Assembly: GCA_964580055.1 (NCBI GenBank)
Contig: CAZOJI010000003.1
Span: forward strand, 35,511 to 99,510
DNA length: 64,000 nt
Source: an uncultured Gemmatimonadaceae bacterium
GTDB lineage: Bacteria; Gemmatimonadota; Gemmatimonadetes; Gemmatimonadales; GWC2-71-9
Reading direction: 5' to 3'
The notes below the pieces were generated by a model. It searched no databases. It was not told the DNA's origin and was given only the letters and a program-made list of their open reading frames with translations. The translations under genes and the position numbers were made by a program. This document shows positions 18,494 to 26,705 of the stretch, piece by piece; position 1 is the stretch's first letter, and the number at the start of each line of letters is the position of its first letter.

Positions 18494-20575
18494 CTATCGG
18501 CTTGGTCGAAACTGAACCGTGACTCTGAGCCAGGCCTCGACGGTTTGTCCGTCCTTCAGAGCCGGCGTGTATCTCAAACTGTCTTGTGCGAAGCGCATCG
18601 CAGCAATCTGAAGCCGCCTCGTCGCTTCCTGCCTCCTTTGACGAATTGTACGCAACGCGTTCCCGTCCTTTCCGACCCGCACCACTAGGTATACTGGCTC
18701 CAGATCTCCATTGTAACCCGGTGGGGCGTACGGACGCGGGGCGCTCGTCGGAGACGGAGGGGAGTCGAAACAAGCCGAACTCCTGAAGTATTCGGTACCG
18801 GGTGATTCAGTGGCGCAATCGACAACCGCTGCTCTGTTCTGTGGGGGCGGAACCGGTCGCGTCGGCCCGGTCGGTTCAGGTTTTTGTTCAGCCCGCCGAG
18901 CCGGTTGCGCATCTGGCACCATCGTCACGGGGGCGATAACAGTCTGGCCTCGGGCCACCTGCACGGTCTCCACGAACCTCTCGAACCCCTCGCGCTCTAC
19001 AGCTATCTGATGGGTGCCCGGTTCGAGTTCCAGTGAATCGACTTCAACCCTCTCCCCGTCGATCATAAGAACTCCTCCCGGTGGAGTTCGCACCACGAGC
19101 GTTCCCGTGTTCGGGACTTCCACGGGCGGAGCAGGATCGTCAGCCGCTGAAACCTCGGGTTCGGCGGCGGCTACCGCATCGGCGGTTATCGTGTCGGGCG
19201 TACCGCCCAACTCCGGTAGCTCCATGGTGTCAGAGACGCCAAGGGACGAATCGGCGGTTTCGAACAGTAACGGGTCCACGCCGGCCAATAGCTCCGAATC
19301 AGGCGGGAATTCGGTTTCCGCATCGAGAGCGTATGGACCTTCGTCCGGAATCGAAGCTGGAGCAAAGAACGGCAGTGGCCACTCGGCATCGAGGAAGTAG
19401 TACCAATATCCGCCAGCGCCCCCTCCACCCAGCACGAGAAACAACAGTACGCCAATCAACACCCCCGCCCTCTTCTTCTTCGGCTCGACGTCGGGGGTAG
19501 AGGAAGTACGAGGCATCGGAGTTGTCGGCGTCGCGGGAGATGCCGGCCTCTGGTCGGTTCCCGGAACTCCCGCACCTTGCGGAATTACGGTGGTCGGGAT
19601 TTCGGAGAGGCTGGCAGCACTCGCCCGGCCGAAGCCTGGCTCACCGCGCTCGAGAGCAGCCACCAGGTCCTCGGCTGTTTGGTGGCGGTCTTCCGGCGAT
19701 TTGGCCATCATCCGTTCGACGATGTCGTACAGAACTCGTTGTTCCGCTGTTTCCATCTCAGGTTCCGGAAGATCCTCCATTATGTGCTTGTAGCCTATGG
19801 AAAATGAATCCTCACCGTCGAACGGAACCACTCCGGCAAGGCACTGATAGGCAACCACGCCCAAAGAGTAGATATCGCTGCGGCCGTCCAGCTTCTGGGC
19901 ACGTGCCTGCTCCGGACTCATGTAGTGAGGAGTACCTATCGACATCCCTGTGCCGGTGAGACGCGTTCCCGAAGCGGCCTTGGCAATACCGAAATCCGTC
20001 AGGATAGCGTTGCCCGCATCATCGAACATGATGTTATCGGGCTTTATGTCCCTGTGTACGATCTCGTTCTTGTGCGCATAGCCGAGCGCACTCGCGGTTT
20101 GCACCAGAATCCTTCGGATTTCGTTGGGTGGGAGCTTTCCCCTTTTGTGCAGCTTTTCGGACAGCGACTCACCTCGTAGATACTTCATTACGAAGTATAT
20201 GACCCGCCCTTTCTTACCCACTCGGTAGATCGAAATGATGTGGGCGTGTTCCAGCTTCGCCGCCGTTCGCGCCTCTCGCTGGAACCTTTCAACGAACTCA
20301 GCGTCGAATGCGAGTGAGAAAGGTAGCACCTTGACTGCTACGTCACGGTCGAGTCCCTTCTCGCGCGCTTTGAAGACGATAGCCATACCGCCGCGGCCGA
20401 GTTCCTCATGGATCTCGTACTCGTCCTTGAGCGCAGCGCGAACCTGATCGATCTCGGTCTGCTCGGTGGAATCGACCGCGGCAGCGAGTGGCGTCGTGGC
20501 TGCTAAGTCGAGCCCGCAGGAGGGACAAAACTTCGCATTATCTTGATACTCGGTGCCGCAACGCGAACAGAACAT
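18494..20575 (-). CDS. Ser/Thr protein kinase: N-terminal zinc ribbon, Hanks kinase, TM, PEGA-like and TonB-C-like ectodomain
   Basis: MFCSRCGTEYQDNAKFCPSCG; kinase motifs VAVKVL, HRDIKPDNIMF, DFGIAKA, GTPHYMSPEQ; TM AGVLIGVLLFLVLGGGGAGGYWYYF. PEGA-like GTLVVRTPPGGVLMIDGERV...GTHQIAVEREGFERF. C-terminus ...VYLVVRVGKDGNAL...AAMRFAQDSLRYTPALKDGQTVEAWLRVTVQF. Confidence 0.85.
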   Translation of the reverse strand: MFCSRCGTEYQDNAKFCPSCGLDLAATTPLAAAVDSTEQTEIDQVRAALKDEYEIHEELGRGGMAIVFKAREKGLDRDVAVKVLPFSLAFDAEFVERFQREARTAAKLEHAHIISIYRVGKKGRVIYFVMKYLRGESLSEKLHKRGKLPPNEIRRILVQTASALGYAHKNEIVHRDIKPDNIMFDDAGNAILTDFGIAKAASGTRLTGTGMSIGTPHYMSPEQARAQKLDGRSDIYSLGVVAYQCLAGVVPFDGEDSFSIGYKHIMEDLPEPEMETAEQRVLYDIVERMMAKSPEDRHQTAEDLVAALERGEPGFGRASAASLSEIPTTVIPQGAGVPGTDQRPASPATPTTPMPRTSSTPDVEPKKKRAGVLIGVLLFLVLGGGGAGGYWYYFLDAEWPLPFFAPASIPDEGPYALDAETEFPPDSELLAGVDPLLFETADSSLGVSDTMELPELGGTPDTITADAVAAAEPEVSAADDPAPPVEVPNTGTLVVRTPPGGVLMIDGERVEVDSLELEPGTHQIAVEREGFERFVETVQVARGQTVIAPVTMVPDAQPARRAEQKPEPTGPTRPVPPPQNRAAVVDCATESPGTEYFRSSACFDSPPSPTSAPRPYAPPGYNGDLEPVYLVVRVGKDGNALRTIRQRRQEATRRLQIAAMRFAQDSLRYTPALKDGQTVEAWLRVTVQFRPSR

Positions 20576-20586
20576 GCGTGCTCTCC

Positions 20587-20615
20587 CTTATATTTGGCAA
20601 CTTAGGGGGTGGCAA
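20587..20615 (-). promoter_or_regulatory. Candidate promoter upstream of the first kinase gene
   Basis: Minus strand reads TTGCCA-17 nt-TATAAG. It sits immediately before the AAGGGAGAG SD and the ATG, so the leader is very short, which makes the call uncertain. Confidence 0.25.
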
Positions 20616-20732
20616 CATGGGGTGCAAGCCAGTGACGGAACTGCAGCCATACCCCACACTGCGGTCTTGACCCGTCTCGCGCGACGACCGATCGACAGCA
20701 GGTCTCCACCGGTTTTGGAAGTCATTCGAAAG

Positions 20733-22754
20733 CTATTCATTTGATGTCTTTTCCATTCTCTTGGACTGAATTGCCCAATTCCGCAGGAAGGCCGCGATAC
20801 CTTCCACTATTCCGCGTGCATAGCGCCGTTGTCCTTCACCGCTCAACAGAACGGCCTCTTGATCCGGGAGCATCAGGAACAGCCCTTCCGTCAACGCCGC
20901 CGGCATCCAGGTCGGCCTCACCATTGCGAGGTCGCCGCGTCCAATACCCAGATCGCGGAAACCGAATTGTCTCACCAGGGCTTTGTTCAGTTCCCGAGCG
21001 AGGTCGACGCTTCGGGGATGGAAGTAGTACACGCTGGTACCGCTGTTCTCGAAGGGGTTTACCCCGTCGGGGAGAGCATTGGCGTGGATCGATACTAGAA
21101 GTTCCGCATTTGCCGCCTCGGCCCGCTCGATCCGTTCATACAGATTCATTGGACCTTCCGAGTCACGAACGAGAATCGGCCGTGCACCGTACCGTTCCAA
21201 GAGTTGCCCCACCTTCCTTGCAACTTCAAGTGTAACAGCGGATTCCGGCGCGCCGGAGGGGCCCGTTGCCCCTCCAGGAGGGTGGCCGGCGTCTACAGCG
21301 ATCGTTCTTCCTTCCAAGGGACGGCCTGCATCCAGCAACGGCGGTCGGCGGACTTCCACCAGCAGGTCGTTGCCCCTCCAGCTCGTGCGGTATCCCCACA
21401 GTGGTGATGACAAGACGACTGTGATGAGCGTCTCGTCTTCGTGCGGCTGAGAGAAGTCGATTCTCTCAACGAGCGAGTCGGCATTGCCGTACTGGATCCA
21501 ATCGATGTCCGCCGATACACCATACAGCCTCACGCCAATGCGCGTACCGTCTTCGGTAACGAGGAACGGAATCCGCGCCGGCAACGGAATGCTGAGCACG
21601 ACCGACCTGCCACCCGATCTCAATCGCAGGGATTTAGCGACCCCCGCGGGTGGGGGCGTGCCGGGTTGCAAAGGCATTACAGCGGAAGCATCCACCCAGG
21701 CCGCCGCATTCTTCGATAGCTGCAATCGCACCTGGTCGTTCCATCGACCCGAGACGGGCGCCTGGGTACCGTTGGGGAAAAACCAGTGGTAGGTACCCCA
21801 AGGCGAAGGCCTGCCGGCGAGCACCCCGTCTGTGGTTCCAGTTCCAGTAGGATCGTCGTTGATAATGGCCAGAAGCGGCTTCTCCACGTCGACAGTTCCG
21901 AGTCTCAGAGGCCAACGCGCGCGGGCCGTATCGGAATCCAGGATTGCCTCCACGACCACCCATGATGAGTCGGTGGGTTCCGGAACGAGATCGGGCGCCA
22001 TCACTATGTCCGGGTCTGGGCCAAACTCACCTGTCCACCACGCGACGTACCTGTCTGTCGTCCTTGCACTTTGGATGCCAGCACCTTCCCGCCTCGAGAA
22101 GGCGAGTTTTCCCCAAGGTGCTTCAGCGGGCCCGGCGTCAGGCAAGAACCTGATTGTGTCATTTGTGTTTGTAATGGCCCGGACCTTGGCTCCCTGGGTG
22201 GCACGCAAACTCAAGCGCACTCCCTCTCGAGGCCGGACCCAACGATCACCAGAAGGCTCGAGAGACGCAGTATCGATCCACACTTGTCCGCCTACCAGTC
22301 TTTCTTGGGCGGCGATTGGAGCGACCAAAACCGCTCGTACTGTGTCATTCCCGGCCGCAGCGATCAGATCGAACCGTGCCACAGAATCTTCTGGCAGCGC
22401 CAGCCAAGCAATCCAACTCCCGGATGGATACACGGAGACGGGCTGCCCGTTGATAATCAGCTCGACGTCGGCCCTTCCAACCGAACCGAACACAAACGCG
22501 GAATCCCTGCTGTGTATCTTGTAGTCGTGCCTGGCGTGGATGAGCGCAGTTTCTCCGGGCACTACCGGGGGGGAATCCACGGGCGGGTACACTATTCGAA
22601 CCACAAGCTCTCCAGCGGTAGCCGGAGGGGGAGGGAGAGACGGCGGTTCAAACGGTCCCGTCGGGGCAGGCTGAAAGGACGGGCCAAATACAGTACATCC
22701 TGAAAGCAAACAACCGATGGAGAGGCCAACAAGCTGTGTCAACAGACGTGGCAT
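20733..22754 (-). CDS. Lipoprotein N-acetylmuramoyl-L-alanine amidase (Amidase_3 C-domain) with ~440-aa uncharacterised N-terminal region
   Basis: Lipobox MPRLLTQLVGLSIGCLLSGC. C-domain IAVDAGHPPGG...ESAVTLEVARKV...LLVSIHANALPDG...GTSVYYF...ALTEGLFL. Confidence 0.8.
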   Translation of the reverse strand: MPRLLTQLVGLSIGCLLSGCTVFGPSFQPAPTGPFEPPSLPPPPATAGELVVRIVYPPVDSPPVVPGETALIHARHDYKIHSRDSAFVFGSVGRADVELIINGQPVSVYPSGSWIAWLALPEDSVARFDLIAAAGNDTVRAVLVAPIAAQERLVGGQVWIDTASLEPSGDRWVRPREGVRLSLRATQGAKVRAITNTNDTIRFLPDAGPAEAPWGKLAFSRREGAGIQSARTTDRYVAWWTGEFGPDPDIVMAPDLVPEPTDSSWVVVEAILDSDTARARWPLRLGTVDVEKPLLAIINDDPTGTGTTDGVLAGRPSPWGTYHWFFPNGTQAPVSGRWNDQVRLQLSKNAAAWVDASAVMPLQPGTPPPAGVAKSLRLRSGGRSVVLSIPLPARIPFLVTEDGTRIGVRLYGVSADIDWIQYGNADSLVERIDFSQPHEDETLITVVLSSPLWGYRTSWRGNDLLVEVRRPPLLDAGRPLEGRTIAVDAGHPPGGATGPSGAPESAVTLEVARKVGQLLERYGARPILVRDSEGPMNLYERIERAEAANAELLVSIHANALPDGVNPFENSGTSVYYFHPRSVDLARELNKALVRQFGFRDLGIGRGDLAMVRPTWMPAALTEGLFLMLPDQEAVLLSGEGQRRYARGIVEGIAAFLRNWAIQSKRMEKTSNE

Positions 22755-22779
22755 GGTCGCGGAACCTACATAAATTCAA

Positions 22780-22791
22780 TGACGTACGTCA
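22780..22791. promoter_or_regulatory. Perfect 12-bp palindrome TGACGTACGTCA in the divergent amidase / FHA-operon control region (candidate operator)
   Basis: Read directly from the sequence. It lies 11 nt upstream of the candidate -35 of the plus-strand operon and 26 nt from the amidase ATG. Confidence 0.3.
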
Positions 22792-22802
22792 ATTCGGTTT
22801 GG

Positions 22803-22831
22803 TTGACCGCCATTTTTGTTAACAGTAGATT
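22803..22831 (+). promoter_or_regulatory. Candidate sigma70-type promoter of the FHA-kinase-phosphatase-protease operon
   Basis: TTGACC-17 nt-TAGATT, about 40 nt upstream of the GTG start at 22873. Confidence 0.4.
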
Positions 22832-22872
22832 GGCATTTCTGCGTAACGACTTTGATTGGAGCCATTCGTCAC

Positions 22873-23907
22873 GTGCGCACTTGCACTCATTGTGGCTGTG
22901 AGAACGACGATGCTGCCCAGTTCTGTGGCGACTGTGGGTTGAGACTCGAGCAACCGGCCGCCGCCTCCAAAGAGGTGGAAATCAGCTTTTCCGACATCGA
23001 GCTACCATCCGCTGGCAGTCCGTCGGAAAACACTAGCCCCGGCAAGTGTCCAGAATGCGGTACCGCGAAGGTGCCCGGACTTCCCTTTTGTCCCAACTGC
23101 GGCAGACAGGTCACGGCACCCGTGGAGGGTGTGGCAACATGCAAGAAATGCGGCACTCCGCTAGTCCCCGGTGCCCAATTCTGTGCCGCGTGCGGGATGG
23201 GGATCGGCAGCGCACTTTCTGGGCAACCACGCACGTCTGCATTCTCCTCCAGACAGGCCGCTGCGCTCGCCAAGATAGTGGTACTGACCGAGACTGGTGA
23301 GGCAACTGAGCAATACTCACTCGCCGGGCTGGAAACCACTATTGGCAGAGAGGGAGCGGACATCGAATTCAGAGATGATCCCTTCATGTCACCGTTGCAC
23401 GCCAAGATCTCCGCCGTTGACGGCCGGTACGCTCTGCGAGATCTCGGCAGCAGGAATGGCACCTGGCTGTTCATTACTGACCCGCATCTCTTGCGCGATG
23501 GCGACCTGGTTCTGATCGGTTCACAAGTGCTGTTGTTCAGGCGACTCGGCTATCCGGGGCCACAACCTCCCGAGAGCGATGCCACACGGAGAATGGGAAG
23601 CCTGGTGCCAAGCGCAGACATCGCGCGCCTCGTCCAGCTGCGGAGCGACGGATCCCAGCGCGACACCATCCACCTTTCTCCAGGCCGCAACCTGGGAATC
23701 GGGCGCGAGTGTGGTGACTGGGTATTCCCCTACGATCCATCAATGAGTGGGCTTCATGCCGAAGTCCGTTCGGAGGATGCCGACTTCGTGATAGTCGATG
23801 CTGACAGCAGAAACGGTGTCGCGATATCAGTCCGAGGAAAGGTGGTACTCGAACCTGGTAACAGGCTCCTGGTTGGCGACAAGATGATTCGTCTGGAGGT
23901 CACTTGA
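22873..23907 (+). CDS. Triple zinc-ribbon, double FHA-domain protein
   Basis: Three CxxCG-x8-FCxxCG ribbons (CTHCGCENDDAAQFCGDCG, CPECGTAKVPGLPFCPNCG, CKKCGTPLVPGAQFCAACG). Two FHA cores (IGREGADIEF..SPLHAKI...LRDLGSRNGTW; IGRECGDWVF..SGLHAEV...IVDADSRNGV). GTG start at 22873 with GGAG 12 nt upstream; the ORF-track TTG at 22816 falls inside the predicted promoter. Confidence 0.8.
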   Translation: MRTCTHCGCENDDAAQFCGDCGLRLEQPAAASKEVEISFSDIELPSAGSPSENTSPGKCPECGTAKVPGLPFCPNCGRQVTAPVEGVATCKKCGTPLVPGAQFCAACGMGIGSALSGQPRTSAFSSRQAAALAKIVVLTETGEATEQYSLAGLETTIGREGADIEFRDDPFMSPLHAKISAVDGRYALRDLGSRNGTWLFITDPHLLRDGDLVLIGSQVLLFRRLGYPGPQPPESDATRRMGSLVPSADIARLVQLRSDGSQRDTIHLSPGRNLGIGRECGDWVFPYDPSMSGLHAEVRSEDADFVIVDADSRNGVAISVRGKVVLEPGNRLLVGDKMIRLEVT

Positions 23908-25676
23908 AGGTCTGTACGACTTGTGGGGCCGAGTGGCCTGACGATACCAAGTTCTGTCCCAGCGACGGATCGCCTCTCAGAGCCGCTGACGGTCAGGATA
24001 GCATCGTCGGCGGTGTCCTGCAGAGTTACCACATCATCAAGAAGTTGGGCGAGGGCGGCATGGGAGCCGTCTATCTCGGCGAGCACGTGAAGATGGGCCG
24101 CAAGAGTGCGATCAAGGTGATGACCCAATCACTGGCGCAGGACCCGGATGCCATCGCCAGATTCAACCGCGAGGCTGCCAACGCAGCCAGCATAAACCAC
24201 TTAAACGTCTGCGCCATTTACGACTTCGGAGAGACGACCGACGGAACCATCTTCCTCGCGATGGAGTTCATCGAGGGCGAAGCCCTCACAGATCTGATCA
24301 AGCGCGAGGGGCCGCTCGACCTGAAGCGTGCGAGCACGATTCTGCGACAGACCGGTGATGCACTCCAGGCAGCCCACGAGCTGGGAATAGTGCATCGCGA
24401 TCTCAAGCCCGATAACATCATGATCGCCAAGGCGCGAGATGGGTCGGATTTGGTGAAGGTTGTGGATTTCGGAATAGCAAAGGCTATGGGAGGAGAGGAA
24501 GGGCAGAACGTAACCCGCACCGGTCTCGTGGTGGGCACACCGGAATACATGAGCCCGGAGCAGCTATCCGGTGACAAACTCGACGGTCGCAGCGACGTTT
24601 ACTCGCTGGCTCTAGTCTTCTTCCGAATGATTACGGGTGTCCTCCCTTTTGAGGCGGACAGCGCACAGGAAATAATGATTAAGCGCCTGACCGACGATCC
24701 GACCAGGCTGAACGACGCACTGCCGGGAGGGAACTTCCCCGAGAGGCTCCAGCAGGTCCTGGACAAGGCCATGGAGAGAATGCCCTCGGATCGGTATGCC
24801 AGCGCCGACGAGTTCGCCCGAAAAGCAGCCGAAGCGATCGCACAAGCTCCAATTTCGATCTCACCTCCTGTCGACACACAGGAGGCGACCCAGCTCTTAG
24901 GCACGTCAGCCGAGGATGCGGGAGCCACGGAGCAACTCAAGAAGACGCGACTGTCGCAACCAAAAGCGACTATCGCTATGAGTGAATTGGACGCCGTCGA
25001 CGACGAGAGGACCAAGCAGGCGCTCCGCCCCAGAGGCACCGGAGCGGCTGAGGAAAAGCATGAAACAACTCCGGACGAACGGCCAAGACGGGACGAGTCG
25101 AAGCCTTCCAAGAGGAAGCCAGTTGTAGCGATTACTGCATCCGTGGTAGCGGTGGCGGGAATAGCGGGAGGTATAGCAGCAGTCGCGTTCACTAATGGGA
25201 GCGAGCAATCGGAACCGGCTCAGGACAGCGCTCAGGTTGCTCTGGCGACTGAAGACAGTGGCGCCAGCAGCAACGTCCGGGAAAGCGGAGACCAGGGTCA
25301 GGTTTCCAATGCTGCTGACATCGATCTACCACAGGACCCGATCGAGGAGATTGAAAGCGACCCTGCAGATATCACACAGCCCACCTCCATCGACTTGACA
25401 ACGATCGCTGAAGAGTTGGTTAGATTGGGACGGCGGATTTTGCCGGATTCCTCTGAGCGGGTACGAGACAGTGCTCGTTCGCGATTGCTCGAGATATTCG
25501 ACATGCAGGAAGTGCCCGATTCCATGCGAGCGAGGGCGGCTTCTGTATTAGCCGAGTACTATGAGGAGCAAAGCCGGCAAGACGCCTGCACATGGATAAA
25601 CAGGGCGATAAGGCTGCACCCGGACAACGACCCTTATCGCTCCTACAAAGACATGATATTGGAGTGCCCGACTTGA
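23904..25676 (+). CDS. Ser/Thr protein kinase: N-terminal half zinc ribbon, Hanks kinase, TM, acidic linker, TPR-like C-terminus
   Basis: (TTG)KVCTTCGAEWPDDTKFCPSDG; SAIKVM, HRDLKPDNIMI, DFGIAKA, GTPEYMSPEQ; TM VVAITASVVAVAGIAGGIAAVAF. The TTG start overlaps the upstream TGA (TTGA). Confidence 0.85.
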   Translation: MKVCTTCGAEWPDDTKFCPSDGSPLRAADGQDSIVGGVLQSYHIIKKLGEGGMGAVYLGEHVKMGRKSAIKVMTQSLAQDPDAIARFNREAANAASINHLNVCAIYDFGETTDGTIFLAMEFIEGEALTDLIKREGPLDLKRASTILRQTGDALQAAHELGIVHRDLKPDNIMIAKARDGSDLVKVVDFGIAKAMGGEEGQNVTRTGLVVGTPEYMSPEQLSGDKLDGRSDVYSLALVFFRMITGVLPFEADSAQEIMIKRLTDDPTRLNDALPGGNFPERLQQVLDKAMERMPSDRYASADEFARKAAEAIAQAPISISPPVDTQEATQLLGTSAEDAGATEQLKKTRLSQPKATIAMSELDAVDDERTKQALRPRGTGAAEEKHETTPDERPRRDESKPSKRKPVVAITASVVAVAGIAGGIAAVAFTNGSEQSEPAQDSAQVALATEDSGASSNVRESGDQGQVSNAADIDLPQDPIEEIESDPADITQPTSIDLTTIAEELVRLGRRILPDSSERVRDSARSRLLEIFDMQEVPDSMRARAASVLAEYYEEQSRQDACTWINRAIRLHPDNDPYRSYKDMILECPT

Positions 25677-26695
25677 ACCTCTTCGGACGGAAGAAACCGC
25701 ACACGCTGATCTCGGTATTCGGAAAGACCGATGTCGGCTGCACTCGCGACCACAACGAGGACTGTTTCCTCGTGGCCGATCTCACGGCGAAGAAAGCATC
25801 ACTGCTGCCCGAGGTTCGCGATCATGAAGTCGGGCGTAAGGGATCCCTGCTCGTCGTGGCCGACGGCATGGGAGGAGCCGCGGCAGGCGAGGTGGCAAGC
25901 GAGATGGCGACAGAAGTCCTCTTCGAGCACCTGCTGGCAACTTGGCTGAATGACGACGAGAACACACCGCAGCAGTTTGCGTTCAGGTTGCGAGAGGCTG
26001 TCGAGGAAGCGAACAGGAAGATACACGGGCACGCCAGAGACAACCCCGAACTGAAGGGGATGGGCACAACCATCACAGCGGCCGGAGTTCTGAACGACCA
26101 CATCTATGTCACGCAGGTGGGCGATTCCAGAGCCTATCTGATTCGTGAGGGCCGGGCAACGCAGATAACCAAAGACCAGTCGCTGATGCAGCGGTTGGTA
26201 GACGCGGGAGAACTCACCGAGGAAGAGGCCGAGCGTAGCGAGCGTAAGAACATCATACTGCAGGCGCTCGGTCCGGATGAGCGCGTGCGCGTCGACCTCA
26301 CGCACCAGGCTATCTGCAGAGGGGACACCGTGCTGCTCTGTTCGGACGGGCTTTCCGGGCTGGTTACCAAGGAGGAGATCGCAGAAACCGTTTCTCAGGA
26401 CAAGGATCTGGTAAAGATTTCGGCCGAACTGATAGCATTGGCGAACGAGCGTGGTGGTCCCGACAACATAACCGTCATCGTGGCGCGGTTCAGCGGAAAC
26501 GGATTGCCCGGCCCGGGAGAGGCCGAAGAGGTAGGGCACGAGGTCTACCCACTGACAGACACTGAGTCCACGACTGAGCCGGTTCCCGTATACAAGGGCA
26601 GCGAGCCGCCAAAACCGCAAGGTTCGACAATGATTGCAGCCGGCGCCGCTGCCGCTGCAATCGTGACCGCAGCGCTTGTCCTGATAATGCTCTGA
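25673..26695 (+). CDS. PP2C-family Ser/Thr phosphatase with C-terminal TM anchor
   Basis: GKTDVGCTRDHNEDCF...LLVVADGMGGAAAGEVAS...MGTTITAA...VGDSRAYL...LLCSDGL...GGPDNITVIV; C-terminal TM MIAAGAAAAAIVTAALVLIML. The TTG start at 25673 overlaps the kinase TGA. The ORF-track start at 25592 lies inside the kinase gene. Confidence 0.85.
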   Translation: MNLFGRKKPHTLISVFGKTDVGCTRDHNEDCFLVADLTAKKASLLPEVRDHEVGRKGSLLVVADGMGGAAAGEVASEMATEVLFEHLLATWLNDDENTPQQFAFRLREAVEEANRKIHGHARDNPELKGMGTTITAAGVLNDHIYVTQVGDSRAYLIREGRATQITKDQSLMQRLVDAGELTEEEAERSERKNIILQALGPDERVRVDLTHQAICRGDTVLLCSDGLSGLVTKEEIAETVSQDKDLVKISAELIALANERGGPDNITVIVARFSGNGLPGPGEAEEVGHEVYPLTDTESTTEPVPVYKGSEPPKPQGSTMIAAGAAAAAIVTAALVLIML

Positions 26696-26705
26696 GCAGG
26701 CACAG

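Noticed and set aside
22816-22872. ORF-track TTG start of the zinc-ribbon FHA protein
   Set aside because: The TTG lies between the -35 and -10 of the best promoter candidate. The GTG at 22873 has a GGAG upstream and begins right at the first zinc ribbon.
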